Origin: Strigamia acuminata
Lineage: Eukaryota
Length of the DNA: 64,000 nucleotides
Reading direction: 5' to 3'
Assembly: GCA_949358305.1 (NCBI GenBank)
Contig: OX442314.1
Span: 14,756,001-14,820,000, forward strand
Below are positions 34,592 through 49,500 of the stretch, in pieces. Position 1 is the first letter of the stretch, and every line of letters starts with the position of its first letter. Under the pieces are notes generated by a model. The model was not told the origin of the DNA. It searched no databases and saw nothing but the letters and a program-made list of their open reading frames with translations. The position numbers and the translations under genes are program-made.

Positions 34592-37500
34592 ATGGCTGCA
34601 AGTGGAGGAGAATGGGTTGTAGTTGAGGATGGTTGTTTATCAGTTGGTGAAAATATCAACGCGATAACATACCACCCTACGCTCAACATTATTTTAATAA
34701 TAACTAAGGAGCCTGCTATTAGAGTGTTGGATGTTAACTCAGGCTTCGTACTTCAGAAAAGCATCTTAACCGGTAAGGAAAGAACATGTGATCGCAATTG
34801 AAACCTCATTTATCTTACTATAAGTTAGGCCTACTCGTGTTTTGATTTACCTGAGATTGAATTAACGTATCGATTCATCAAAATAGAACCGTGTGCAATT
34901 GACGAGATTACATTTAGTAACCATATTTTGCATTTATCTAAATTTTATAGCCATAAAGGAAGTGCTTTCTTTATGATCAATGTTTTGCTGTCAATGTCGA
35001 AAATTGCACAGTTTAATATATAAATTCCGTGTTAAATTAACTAAGTTGCATTCGAATCCACTCCTAAGGTAATGATTGTTGAAGTTTCAGTCTATGTAGG
35101 TTGGTTACTAAAAATAACCGGAGAAGAAATTTTAAAAATAAACGTAAAAAATGTACTCTCGAGTGAATTTAAAAACATCACGGTTTAAGTTATATGCTTT
35201 AATATTTTGTTTGCATTTTTAAAAATGGCATTTTCTCGATTAAAGACAAGCCCAAGGCTGTTATAAAGTGTGCCTATTTGCCAAGCCATGGGAAACTTTT
35301 CGTTACTGATGGAAGATCTGTGGGAGCGAGACGAGATCATTGTGGAGTGTTGCTGCTAGATACATGTCTTCAGACACCTGTAACGAAGAGTGATGATGTT
35401 GTTAGGATAGAATTACTTTTGTCTGAGGCAAGTATTTATTTTATTTTCATTTTTATTTTTATTTCATTTTATTTTGTTTATTTAGGCTGTGCAGTTGCTC
35501 AAATGTCTACAAAGCATTCATTTGTCAGGTGTTGAAAATATTAGTGAGATAAAAGAAACATTAGAAAAGAAAATTGCAAATTGTCATGCGAAAACAAAAA
35601 ATAATCACAAATGTGCTAAGGTATACAAGATTTATATTGCCGAGTGGCTAGAAAATATTACTAATTCATTTATTTTTACCTCCCTCATTACAGTGGTGTA
35701 CAGTTTGTTTGAAATTTCCTCATTCGTATCTGAAATCAGTTAGTACTAGTTTAATCCAGGAACTAAAACGCCTTAATAGGAATGTACCTGCTTTGGCGAT
35801 TGCTGCAGCGATTAATGAGAGACTGAATGCACTATTGCCCGACTCGCATTTAGATTTAGCGTCATCTACTACACCAGTAGATCGGTCTCTTATGTACAGT
35901 GAAGCAGCCAGGAGAGAAACCTTTGGAAAATGGCCTCACATGAATTACAAGTAAAAAATTAATTTTTTTCTCAAGTTTCTTTAATTTATTTTTAATTTTT
36001 TTTAAAGGTGGGCGTTACCAGATCAAATGGCCCAAGCTGGTTTTTATCACCAGCCGAATTCTACCTGTGATGATCGAGCAATGTGTTTCACTTGCAATGT
36101 ATGTTTAGTTTGTTGGGAACCAACAGATGAGCCTTGGTAAGTTTAAATTTTGCTCGAGTTGCATTTTTTTTAATTTTAAATTTACATTTTTTAAGGTCTG
36201 AACACGAACGTCACTCTCCGTCATGCCCTTTCGTAAAGGGAGAATACACTCAAAATGTTCCTCTTTCTGTTACCTACGCTGCGAGTCCAGCGATTCTCTT
36301 GGGAGGCAAACCAAATGAAGCAAAACATATTGGAACAACTTCAAGTTCTGATCTTATAGCCACGTATACTAATTCTGGGAGCATAACTGTTTGGAATGTG
36401 TCTAGACAGTTAAAAGTAAATTACACACTTTAAGGTACCGTAATATCAATTTTATTAAATATTTTTATATTTTTTTCTATGCAGACTGAAGTACTGTTCT
36501 GTATCGATGTAAGTGATCCCCTACTGTTGGCCAAAAGCAACGCACTGTTGATTAAAGAAGCGATAAATCACAAGAGGTATTTATTGGACGACCCATTTGA
36601 TATACATTTTTTTTAAAAAATGATAAATTTTAATAAATTTGAAGGAAATTATTCGACAGTGCAAGTGAAAGTGAAATCGAACTTCGTGAAATAACTCAAA
36701 CACGGGAAATAATCGAATCGCCTCTCTCTGAAGAAACGCCGGACAATTGCATGACTTCCATTCCTTTAGGTAGAATAACGAACATTACAAGATAAAAAAA
36801 AATTGCTCCTCTAATGACCTTTTAACACTTTTCTAGATTTTTTGCCACCATGTAACATACCAAAGAATATTCATTTATCTTCAGTTAGCGTTTTGGGTGT
36901 ACCAGAATCGAATTGTCTAAATGACGATTCTACCACATTACATTCAGTTCGTCCGAGTGTAGTAGCTGGAGTCTCCATGATTAGATATTCTCTCGTATCG
37001 ATGCGCAAACAACAGCAGAAATCAACTACAAGCAGAAGCACCAACATGGACAACCCCCCTCTGGTGCAAGTTATGAACGACGTGAACGAAGCAAGTAGTC
37101 GCGACGTTCCTTTGGATATAATGCGTGTAATCGAAGAGGAGGTCGCATCTAACATTCCAGGAGGATCAGTTCCATGTATTTTGGTTTACGACGTGCGCCA
37201 GCAGTACGTGCGAGGTGTAACGAACATGGGATCTGCAGACAACAAGCCTCAAGGTTTTACTAACGTAAAAAAATATAATTCCGAAACATCAACAGGCACT
37301 CAGCAAGAAACGCATCCCAACAACACTTATCCGAACTTTGGGGAGTTGCTGTACGATATGTGCGATGATCCACTCGATCCCATTTGTACCACGCTTAACG
37401 TGATCAATGTCGGTGTGTTGGACGGAATGGACATGTCGGGCACACCCGGCATCAAGTTTGGCGCTCCTTCGAGTTCCTCGACTGAATTACCGTCCACCGA

Positions 37501-40500
37501 TGTGGCTTCAGTGCCAAGTTCGACAACCCAAATGGGTACGCAGATGAGCCGAACCGATTTGAGAGTGAAAATCGATGCTGCCGGGACATTGGTGCAGTTT
37601 ATCGAATTGCCCGAGAACCTGCAGAAAGAGTGCTACCGAATTGACTCGATTACACCAACCGTCGACAAAAATTTCATCCTCGTGTCCGTCAGTTCGCAAA
37701 CATTCACTGAGGGCAACGGAAACGAGTGGAATTTAGATCTGGGTGTCGAAGGCAAGGAGAAACGGAATAAAGATGTTGCGGAGCAAGTGCAGGCGACCGG
37801 GGATGATTGGCTCGGTGCATTGTTGTTATACAAAGTTAATTTTACGTCGGAATGCGTGTTGATCAACGAGGAGCCAGTTGTGATACTTCCTTTACATAAA
37901 AACAGCGATTGCATTAAGACTGTTCTAATGCTTCCTCGCGACGCTACAGAAGCGTTGGATCAAGGGATTTATTCGGCTAACCCAGGCTCCGCGCTCGGAT
38001 ATTTCGTCACGTTGAATTATTTTGGAAGTCTCAAACTTCACTCTTTGGCTACGCTCGACATTGTGACTGAATTCAATCTCCCTTCCGGTAACAAATTTGC
38101 TGCAGTGGCATATTGTGCAAGTAAGTTTAATTATTTTATTTTCATATAAATAATCATTTTATTTATGTTTTAATTTGATTTGCAGGCATTGAACGACTTA
38201 GTGCTTGTACTGTCAGTGGAGAAATACATTTTCTTCATTTATTGCATTCTCAACAGCAGAGTGCAATTCACATTTCTGCGGCCGAAGACCCGCAACAAAA
38301 TGTGGCGAAAGACGAGCAGATGGAGTGCGAAGGTAAATTGATTAGTTTTGTGTTATTGGGTGCAGTTTTTTTATTAATTTTTTTTTAAAATTTAGATGCT
38401 CGTTTAGACGGATGTGATTTGTTGATTAATCAACCCCTGACTGACGACTCATTGAAATTATTATACGAATTGGTTCAATTCGAAAACTTGACGCCGAGGT
38501 TTTCTGCTACCATGCCTTCTTGCTGGACTGAAATACAGCAGGAACAAAAACAACGACGTCATCCACAACACTTACAACAGCAAGGAGAAGCGATGCAACA
38601 TACTAGAAGTTGGCGACTCCAGCAAGATAGGTATGAAATTAAAAAAATTATAATAAGAAATTCTATTAAAACACTTAATTGTATTGCAGTAACACGTGGG
38701 ATGAACATCTGTTTGAAATAACGCTTCCCAAATCGTGTTGTGTTGGCCACATTGACTTCAAGTTCACTTTTCATTCAATTTGCATGACTCCACCTAATAT
38801 CCAAGTAAAAGAAAAATGCGGTGTTATTAGTAAGCAATTGCATTGTTTTATTGTTTTGCTTTAGATAACCTTGCTCAGACAGAATACCACTGGCATTAGC
38901 AGACTTGATGCGTACGGTCAGAATGTGGACGATGTTGATTCGAGTGTCGATTTTAAAACATTTGCCCAAATGGGTTCTGCTTCGTTGAACCTTGAAGATT
39001 TTCCGAAAAGCGAAAATCCCGTACTTTTGTCTGAGTTTTTGGAAGCTCACAACGCTGAGATTTTGTGCGGTCCTTTGAAAATGTCTGCGTCTATCGATTT
39101 ATCAGGCCACGGTGGTGTTGTCACATTAACTAGCCCCGAGTTGCTAGCTGTCGCAACACGCTCATTTTTGGTTCATTTGAAAGCGTTACCAGCCGAAAAA
39201 GAAGTTCATATTAAAACTGAAGTATAACTAGTGAAAGTTGACGGTGGTTTTGTAATTAATCGTTATTTTGGTTTTGTTTAGGCGAGCGCTAAAGTTGCTC
39301 CGACAACATTAAAAATGCCCAATCGTCGTGTCGTTAAAATTCGAGATAAAGTTAGTGGGAATGTGCCGAGTCTTCAGTCGATGCTGGAATATTTTGCTCC
39401 ACCGGGTAGTGCAGTTGAACGATTAGCAGCATCCGCACCCAACAAGAAAATGGATCATCTCAAGGGTTGCGATTGGATTCATGAAATATCTCTGACAATT
39501 CGACGCACAAAAAAGACAAAAATTTCGAATGAAAGGTTGGAAACAGTTTTGAAATGTTAGTTCACACGCCGATGGCTGTATTAATTAATTTGTTGTCTAC
39601 AGGTTTCAGAGACTTGCCATGTTAGAATCTTCTTCATTTCACGAAAAACTCATCGCAACCATATGCAGCTCGGAAGCTTCAAATGTTTGGAAAAGCACGA
39701 GTCTCGAGCATAGACAACACTTGTGCTTAGACATTTTGATCTGGGTCGCTGCGATTCAAATCCACGGGAAATCTATAAAGTGAGTTGATAAGATTGCGTG
39801 AAATTTATATTGAAATTTATTTTTTTGCAGGGATATCAGGAATATGTTATTGATGACGGTTCAATTAAAGCTTGGAGATTTAATCAAAAGCTGTTTCATC
39901 GATGCCACTCGCGCAATTTCACACAAATGTGCCAAGTTGATTATATTTTGCAGCGAGTAAGACAAATTCATGCAATTTATGATTTTTAAGTGAATATATA
40001 GAAATATTTTTAAAATTCTTTTTCGTCTTTTTTCAGGCATGCTAAAACACTAAAAGATCAGGACATTGCGCCAATTTTTAACTACGCTCTTCTTCAAGAA
40101 CTCCTTGAACATCTTGTGATGGTTCCACACTGCAAATCTGCTGGGGCTCTGCGATGGTTTTTTTTACTCTTGAACAGAGTGAAACATCTCGATGTGGTCA
40201 GTGTAGGTCAAAAATCAGTCGAACTCTTAGGTTCTGTTGCTAAACATTACAACGAACGGAATAATGCGTTACATTCGCTTTTGAGAACTAGGTATGCATT
40301 GTTTTTGTTATGTATTTTTAATTTTTTTTTTAAATAATTTTTGTTTGATTATTTGAGCAGATTTGGTTTGTATGGAACTCCGTTTGAACCGGAATTATTT
40401 GACATCGAGCCTACCCCATGCCTAAAACCGAGTTCTACTCCCATATCGTACGCTTCCGTTGTTTCGAATAACAACAATCAAACGGGATCGGGTGGACAGA

Positions 40501-43500
40501 CGGGCAGTGGTACATCACCGAACGAAGAACTTGATTTGCGTGATTTACTCTTATTCAGTTCATCATCGCCATCAGCGAACCGTTACCTTTTCACTTATCC
40601 AGGACAACATTTGCGAGGTTTGCTCGAAGTGGAGCCGTTGCACTTCAGTTGTCACGCAGCGAGCGACGGGACGAAAATGGAAAAAATTGAATCAAGTGGT
40701 GGTTTGAGTGGAAGCTCGGGCACTGTACTGCCTCTTTCAGCTAACGTTTTGGAACAAATTCCGTCGTATTTGCAATCAGCTAGTGGATTTAGTTCCTGGA
40801 CTGGCAGTTTGTCTAGTTTGTTTACAACTCTGAAGAAAAAACAAGAGGTTGAACAACATTTTGTATTTTTAAAAGCAAAATTTAGTTATTTTAATATTTA
40901 AACTCTATTTATTTAGGAATTTTTAAAGCTTCAGCAACAACATAAAAAATTGGAACAAAAATTGGCCGAGACTGTTCTCACTCCACAAGTCGGAATGGTC
41001 AAACACGCCGGTTGTTTATTTCATTCTGGCAAACAGTCGTCGGGTTCGGGAACAATCATGGTGTCGTCATCATCTTCTACCTCTACCAATAGTGCATTCT
41101 CTTATCACAGCCCTAAAAGTATGAGCACGCCACAAATTCCGAATAGTCTTCTTATAGAGAAAATGTACATTGGATTGGGGGAAAATGAAGATAAAAATAA
41201 ATTAAAGAGTCAAGCGTGCGGAGCGAAGAAGGTAAATACTGAAATAAAAATCAATTTTTTTTATATGTTTTATTCCATTTTTTAAAATGTGTTTCAGGAA
41301 TGTGTTGCAAATTCAAATGCATCGTTTTTTCTTTCTCCTTGGCAACAACTTCTACAACCGCCCCCTCAACAGGTGTTGGTAATCGAGAGAATGCATTCAG
41401 GTAAATTGAAGTGAAGTACACGAGATTTCACGCATTAATAATTATTATTAATTTGAAATAGGAGCTCGTAGATTTGTTGTATTGGATTTCGGAAAACTTA
41501 TTCAGATGACAGATTTAATGGTCCCTGCCTGCTCTGACTTGGTCTCGTTATCTATCGATATATGGACTCAGGCAGAGGAAGTGGATGGCCAGAGACTTGT
41601 TGTTGCAACTGACATTGGCAGCAGATCATTGGTCATGTGTGATCTTCAGCCTCCACCTGTGTGCAGATTTTTGAAAGTAAATTCTGTTGCGTGGAAAATT
41701 ATTCCTTGTAAAATTTAACTCCACATTTCTTTTTATTCAGATAACAACTATTGGGCGATACGGAATGAGCACAACCAGATGCCGAATTCCCATTGGAATG
41801 TTTTTTGGTCACACTTTCATATTGCCGTGGGAAGACAAAACAAAAAGCGAGGAAACTGGAAATATCCAAGAGCAAACCGAGGCCCAATTACAAGTAAGAC
41901 TGATTTATTGTTTCCTAAGATTTTGTTTTATTTGTATTTTGTTTTTTAAAGCCACAATTGACAGCTTTGTCGTCGCTACTTGAAGATATTCATTGCCGAT
42001 ACAGCCTTTCTTGTGATAAACTCTTCAACTTATTGAGTCCGCTCGTTCCAACAGAGTACGACAGCGTTAGTCACACACATTTTTACCTTCACCGTGAGAA
42101 GGATAAACCATCGGAAGAAGATCAGCGTATCATAACTGCGTACAACGAGTGTCTACAATTGCAACAACAGCTGAATTTGGTTACGAATGCCATGTCGCGA
42201 CTTGAGAGAGAAATAAATTGGGCCGCTAGAAAAGTCGCTAAGAAACCAAAATTGGACATTTTGGAAACAGTTTGCACTGATAAATTACGCGTATTAAGTG
42301 AGTGTTTACTCGATGTACTTTTAGCTCTTAGTTGTCCTACTCCATCGATTCCGCAACTTCCATCCACTGTGTTCATGACATTTAATCAAAATACGTGTGA
42401 AACACTCTTTAAATTTCTCTGCGTTAATGGCACGCACAGAATGCAGTTGGCCAGCAGTGCTCTGTTGGTCCGAATGTGTGGTTTGCAGCCCTGGTGGGGC
42501 GATTTTGTTGCCAGAATGTTGGTCGGCTTGTACAATTCCGAGCAATCGCTTCTTTTCCCTCAGGACAGGTACAACTAAACTTATTTCTTTTAATAAATAA
42601 CTTACAATAATAATAATTTTATTTATTTTTTTTAGGGTTTTTATTTTACTTACTTATTTCGGCCAAAAATCGTTAAACAATGGCAGTGGCAATTCTGTTG
42701 TGGAAAGCATAGTCAGTCTGTTGGAGCACTTGTTGCTTCCATTGGTCAAAAGACGAACGGAATTTGTTCGTGGTACGATATCTTTTGAATGTAGGTAAAT
42801 AAGTTTAGTTAATATGACTGTAAATGTTTGTAGGTATTTTGGATTTGCCGCTCATCGGTTGGGTGTTGCTGTTTTTATCTGTGTGCTTGGATAATGGCGC
42901 GACAGGAATGGCTGATGGTCAGGAAAACAGCAAAGGAGGCAGCAAGGACAAAGATAGTGGTTTGTTTAGTTGAAAAGTGAGTTGTAATAGCTTAATATTT
43001 CGTATAAAAATAATTTTTTAGCAATTGGAATGTCCAATCGTTGGGATTTTATTCAAGGGGAGGTTGCTATGCTAAGAAATCGTTCTAGTAATTCGAAATC
43101 ACCAGCAAATCGGTTGTACAAAAGAAAATTACAACGTCGACTCATGCATCACAAACAACAGGTTAAGAAATTAGACTCTTCTCAAGGAAATCCGGCTGGT
43201 TCAGTCTTGCCGGTAATTGGGGGAATTTTGATTATTTCAGAAATTAACTACGTTAAAACAAGAACGTGTTATTAATATTCAAATTATTGCTTGGTGTTTT
43301 ACAGTTGGAAGAAATTGAGCAAGTAAAGAAAGAGTTGTTGGCGTCAGCTCAGGTTCTTCATTCATTTGGTGGCAAAAGCGAACCGTCGTCATCGAGCATG
43401 AAAAGTTTGGAAACTGCAGTCAAGCAACAGGAACAAATGTTAAAGAAAACGTTAAAACAACATTCAGCTAAGGCAATCTAGATTTAAATTAATTTATACT

Positions 43501-46500
43501 GTATTTTATCGATTAAGAGCCGCGGCTCTTATTCAAAACTGCTATTTTTGTCAGCAATTTCAATTTTGATTTTTTGTTTGTTACATTTGTTTAATGTAAC
43601 AAACGCAAGTCTGAACTCTTAATCGGTAAAATACGGTATATTAATATATAAATTATAAAAATGATATTTCTCGAATTATTGGTCGAAATAGTTCTGAAGA
43701 GACAATTGAAGCGCACGTTTAATTTGAGAAATGCGATTAGTTGTCTGGCGTGAAAGACAAATATTTACGGAACGTTAAAATAGCATCGAGAATGTTGTGA
43801 AATGGTGTTTTTTTTTTTTTTTTTGCTTACCCGAACTTATTTATTTGACATGTTTTTTTCACACGTAATTAATGTGAAATAAATTTTTTTTTTTTACAGC
43901 ATTTTAAGGATCTTATTAAAATAAGACGAACTGAAGCTCCCTTGCTCTCGAAGTGTGGTTCTGGAAGTACCGCAAGCTCTGGCGAAGATAGATTTGAGTC
44001 GGAAATGGATCGTAGTTTTATGCCCATCTTGTCTCGGAATCAAACCCTTCCCGTCGTCAGAGGATTGGCATCGCTCCTATTGGCCATGGATTTCACTTGC
44101 AATGTTGACATGTTTTTATTGGCTTGCAAGGTATAAAAGAGGAATAATTTAAAACGCGTTGAATTTTTTAAAAATGAATTTAACTCGGTCCCAACAGGTT
44201 CTCGCTCGGATAACAACATCAACTCGTCCAACAATTTCTCTGGGCGTTGTGTTTACGCAGGATCAACTAGGGCAACTTGTACAGCTTTGCGTGGGAGGAG
44301 TGGAATGTCAAATGAATTCTCCTCCGTGGGGCGGGCCATGGGCGTCACACGCTATAACTTCTCTACTTCAGGATATTTTAGAAGGCGAAAAATTGTATCC
44401 ATGTTCATTAAGTCATGAATCTAGCCCAGTTGAAGAAGACCTGATTTCATTTACTGCGGAAACTGACGACTCTTTGCAAGAAGCTGCAAATGAAATCCCA
44501 TCCGATGAAATCGATTCGATTGCAGTTGAAAACCCAAATAGTGGTGGTAAAAGTTTGACTCGATTATTCAATAAATGATATAAATTATAAAAATAATTTT
44601 TACAGATGCGCCTTTCAAGTTGACAAAAGATCTTCCCGAATTGATCGACTCGGAAGAATCGGAAAGCGATGACTGCAACATGGATATATTCAATCACACA
44701 AATATTAGCAAAAAAATCCCGTTTGGACCTCATAAAAAATCGTGGACTGGAATTTATAAGTAACGATTTAATTGTTGTCATAGAAATTGAATTTTTTTAA
44801 TTAATTTTAATATTTTTAGTGCTATCAAAGGAGCTCGAATTGCTGCTAAAGAGGAGAAACAGCCCGATTTGATAAGTAGTTCTGTAGGTTACAAGAGAAC
44901 AGTTTCAACAGCGGTCGATGCACGACTTGAATACGGTGTGGAAATTAACGTTGAACTGAGACTGAAAGTTCTTACGATGTTGGAGGCGGACTTATTATCC
45001 ACTGCAATATCAGCTTCGCTACAGGTAAATGGGTCGAGCATTCAAATTTAAAACAGAAATGTATTAACAAATTTACTTATTACAGCCACTTCCAGAGGGA
45101 GCGCTTCAAGATTTTATTCCTCACGATAACACCGAGCATCGGTTTAACGAAATGACTGGATCAACTTTGGCGGTTGTTCCGTCTTTGGAAATGCTTAGCG
45201 TGACCTTTGATCACATTTTTAGCAAATTGCCAGCTGTTCAGCTTAATTTGGAAGCGCTTTTGCATTTATGGTTAACGTTGACGGAGGAAGCAAGTCTTGA
45301 ATGGAACAGTTCTGGCAGTAGTTTCGATCCTAGTCACGTACCGCAGATTCCTTTCAGCGCTGCGGCTGTTTCGGGACTGTTAGCCGCACTCACGTGGTAA
45401 GCTTGATCGAAAACGGATCATCCGGGTGGTGCATTAAACTTTTTTTTTAATTCCAGGTATCCACCAATTTCTTTACGGACATGGTGTTTGGCTTTTCAAA
45501 CATTGACGTTGATTTCAAATTTGCGCGTCCATTCTGCCTCGGCATCAGCGTGTGGACCTGAAATGTATTCTACCAGTCCACGTTGGGGTCATGATGTAGA
45601 CTGCTCACAAGACGATCCCACGCAGGGCTGGGTTGCGTTTAACATCGTATCTGACCCAAATCTGCTTCCTGTTCTTAACAAGTTCTTGTCAGGAAATCAG
45701 GTGGACAGTGGAATTGGAATGCTTAAAAATAATGTATGTCGAAAAGAAATTATTTTAATTTCGTTGTTTTTAATTGGTTTATTTGTTTTTACTGAAGGTG
45801 GGACCAACAGTGACGCAAACACTACACGATTTTTTAATTCGACTGCAACTCAGATGTGATGTCATCACTCCGGGCAGTTGTTTAGGCGGACAATTGAAAG
45901 AGTTGTTATTGAAGTTGGTTCAGTCTTTAGTGTCTAATGGGTAATTTATTTTTGTTTGTCAATAATAGTGATGGAGAGTTAATATATTTTTCTCGATTTT
46001 CAGTGGGGCAATTAAAATGTGTCAGGGGCCTTTGGATGCTCAATGTAAATTTTTAGAAATGCTTCTGAATCTACACTTTGACAACATTGATTTGAATATT
46101 ACAATGAACGTAATTGTAGCAGTCGTTACATTGGTTTATGATTATATCGTGAGTGCTGAACGAGTTATTTGTCGAAGCTCTATTGAAACGGGAGTAAGTG
46201 CTTCCTCCTGCTTTGGTGGACTCTTTGCATCAGTTCTTCGAGGGGAAAGCCAATCGTCATCTTCCAATAGTGGAAATCGAGACACTTTAGTGTGCAACTT
46301 GTTACGTTTAGTTAATTGTCTTATTCAAATCCCAGTCGCAGCAAATTTGCCCGGATCTGGTTTCAGTCCGAGAATTTCCGTAATTCCTATGACAGATTCA
46401 ACGAAGATGGAACAACAAGGAACTAGTGCCAATCCGAATCGATTAAACGATCCTAAAATGAATGCCGGTGCACAAACGGATGAACATAAAACTGTGCACG

Positions 46501-49500
46501 GATCGCAGATTCAGTGCAATCACTTAAGTTCTAAACGAAGCGATCAGATTGTGGTTTACATTACCGATACAGGTACGATTATTTTAAATTGATGTATATT
46601 CTTATTTAAACGAAACTTTTTTTTCTATTAGTTTTGAGACACGAACCGTGTGTTCTGCATTTGATAACATCGCTGGCTAGTTGTTCGGGAAGTACTATGG
46701 CCATGTTACTAGGTGTAAGTGGAATAAACAACGCTCCTCCTCAGGATGTTAGCGAACGGTTTATGCTAGGCGATCCGATATCGGTCGGCGACAGCATTTT
46801 TCAATTATTGTGCACGTTGAATTATAAAGCATCCAATATTAAATTCGTCCTGAAACCTCTGATTTTGTACATGAGTGCCGGTAAATTTCAATGAATGTAG
46901 TTTATGCTTGTTTATTTTTTATTTAAATTTTATTTTGTATTTAATATTAGGCTTACATGAGAAATTGTCACCGAGTTTACAAATAATTCCTCGATTATCC
47001 GAACCGCTGCTGTGGTTTATTTTAAGAGTACTTGATTGTGAAATGGCATTAAGTGAATTTTTGGAAATGGGTAAGTTAACGATTTACAAGTTTTTACAAA
47101 ATAATATGATGGTAATAATTGTGATTTGGTTACAGGTGGTGTTCATATAGTGTGTAAGAATTTAGTGAATAGCAATCGTCAATTAATCAATTCTCATCCA
47201 AGTTTTGTCTCGACGGTGATGCAATATTTGAGCAATGGGCGCGGTGCTCAATCGTCGAAACGTCAGAGTTCAGATTTAGAAACTGTCGATGGTTTGCTCA
47301 ATTTTGCTCCTCTCGGTAAACTTAAATTTTAACTAAATAAAGCGAAAAAAGTGTTAAAATTTTTATTTTTTTTATTTATTAGGGGTCATAACATCTAATA
47401 ATCCAACTGCGCAACCGGCCGAAGTGTTAATTCAAGCAGCTCCGCCACACCGACGTGCTCGAACTCCAGCTTGGTCGTATCATTTTTATCCGGACGAGTC
47501 GTGGGTTGATTTAACTATAACGCTCCCGTGCGCTGTTCTGCTTAAAGAAATTCAGATTCAACCGCATCTCACTTCATTAGCCAGTAATATGTCGAATTGT
47601 TTGATTGGGTTTTAGTATTTCTTCATGGTTTTTTTTATTTTTATTCAGCTTGTCCGTCATCTGTATCAGTGGAAGTGTGCCGAGATAATGCAACCGGGCC
47701 GACCCCTCTTTGCTCACCACAACCTACAAATGGACTTACATTCATCAGACTGCAACTTACACAACCTGAAATCGTAATGTCGGTTACGTTGCGTTTACAC
47801 AAGCCTAGAGATTCTTCAAACATTGGTCTTTCCCAAGTTTTGTTACTTGGGTCTACGACATTCGGAGAGGCAATTGCAAAATCTAGGGCAGCAACAATGC
47901 CATCTGAAGATAATGTGACTCGATCGAGGTTGTGATTGATTTCTAATTTGAAAAGAAAACACTGTCTAATCGTTTGTTGATATTTGTCTAGTTTGGGTTG
48001 GCTTCGAATTGTACATCATTGTCTGACGTTGCCAGTCAATTTTAGTCTGCAGCAAAAAGCTTGCGATGCTGCAGTAGCCATTCCACATCTTCTTCAAGCT
48101 TGTTGCACTTTGCTTTTAACGCCAGCGTTAGGGATTTATATTGCGCATGTGGAATACGTGCTGCTGCAATTGGGTTTACACTCGACTGAAGTTGGATTAA
48201 AGGAAATACACATTCTTCTGCACAGCACAGGATGGGCGCACACGCAAGATATCTTGCAAATTAACTTGAATACTTCAGCACTTGATTCTGTTGTGGAAAT
48301 CATTTACCAATTATGTACAACGCAAGATGCAGGAACCAAAGCGAGGTTTGAGATTTTAAAAAAAAAATATGTTTTTTTAAATTTTTTATTATAATATCTG
48401 TTAATTTCAGAGTGAAGTCCGTGTTAGACTGGTTGGGAAATGCAGCTAAAAGTAATTTCATCCAAAATCGAATGCAGAGAAATCTACGTCAAACTGAGGC
48501 TTGCAATCAACCACCAATTGCGTATGTTCAGTGTGTTGCCGCAATTCTTTGGACGAGCCATAAAACTTTAGTAAATTTTGATCTGTCGTCGTTGTTGACT
48601 GTTGATTTGATATGGTAAAATTTTTAAAATTTGAATTTATTTGAATAATTTCTAAAATGATTACTGGTTCTTTACAGTTCCATTTTTGAATGGTCGAATT
48701 CGTTGCCGACGAAATCGGCATTAAAGCGAGCCGTAGATTTAGTTCTGTGTTCTATCTGTCACGTTCAACCGGAATTCTTCTATTATTTACTCGAGGGTTT
48801 GGACATTATGCATTCAAATGCATCAGCGGATGCTAGTATTCCAGATGACAACAAAAATCAAAATTTCGTTTGGACCGACGACTGCAAGGAAGCAAGCACA
48901 TCACCCATGACAAAAGTTGTGAGTTTGGACGAAAAGAAACTCACCACATTGGCAACCGTTTGCCAATCTCCAACAGCTATTCAACAACTTCTGAACTCGT
49001 GGCTGCCGTCCGCTCTAGCGCAGCTGGTCTTGGGTAATGTGGTTTTAGCCTCAGAATTTGTGTGTTTTTAATGAATATTTTTGTTTCAGACTTCTGCAAT
49101 TACGAGTTAAGTTATAAAGCTGAGGAACCAAATTTTTCACGAAGTTTTTCTAAGAAATCTTACGCTTTTTGCGACAATAATAAAGCGAAACCTACACCGA
49201 GCAAAACTGGGATAATTGGCAGCAGGCCATCAAAAATAGCTGCCACGTTCTCTGGCAACACTTCATGCAGTGAAGAACCACAGAGTCAAAAAAGTGGGTC
49301 CGAATTGACAGATTTAGCGAAAGCTAGGCATCCTCATAAGGATAAAAATAAATTTGGTAAAACACTGAAATGCGGAATTGATTGTTTTTGGTCTGACGAA
49401 ACGATTTGTTTGTAGATTTGTCACATTTGATGAGTGGAGAATTTGTTGCTGCCATTCTCAATTTTTTTGTGGAGGTGTGCAATGAAGGCCAAATGCGCGA

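Noticed and set aside
43681..43705. Hammerhead-like cores (CGAAA and CTGAAGA with GTC/GAC pairing)
   Set aside because: Only 5 nt separate the cores, too few for stems I and III.
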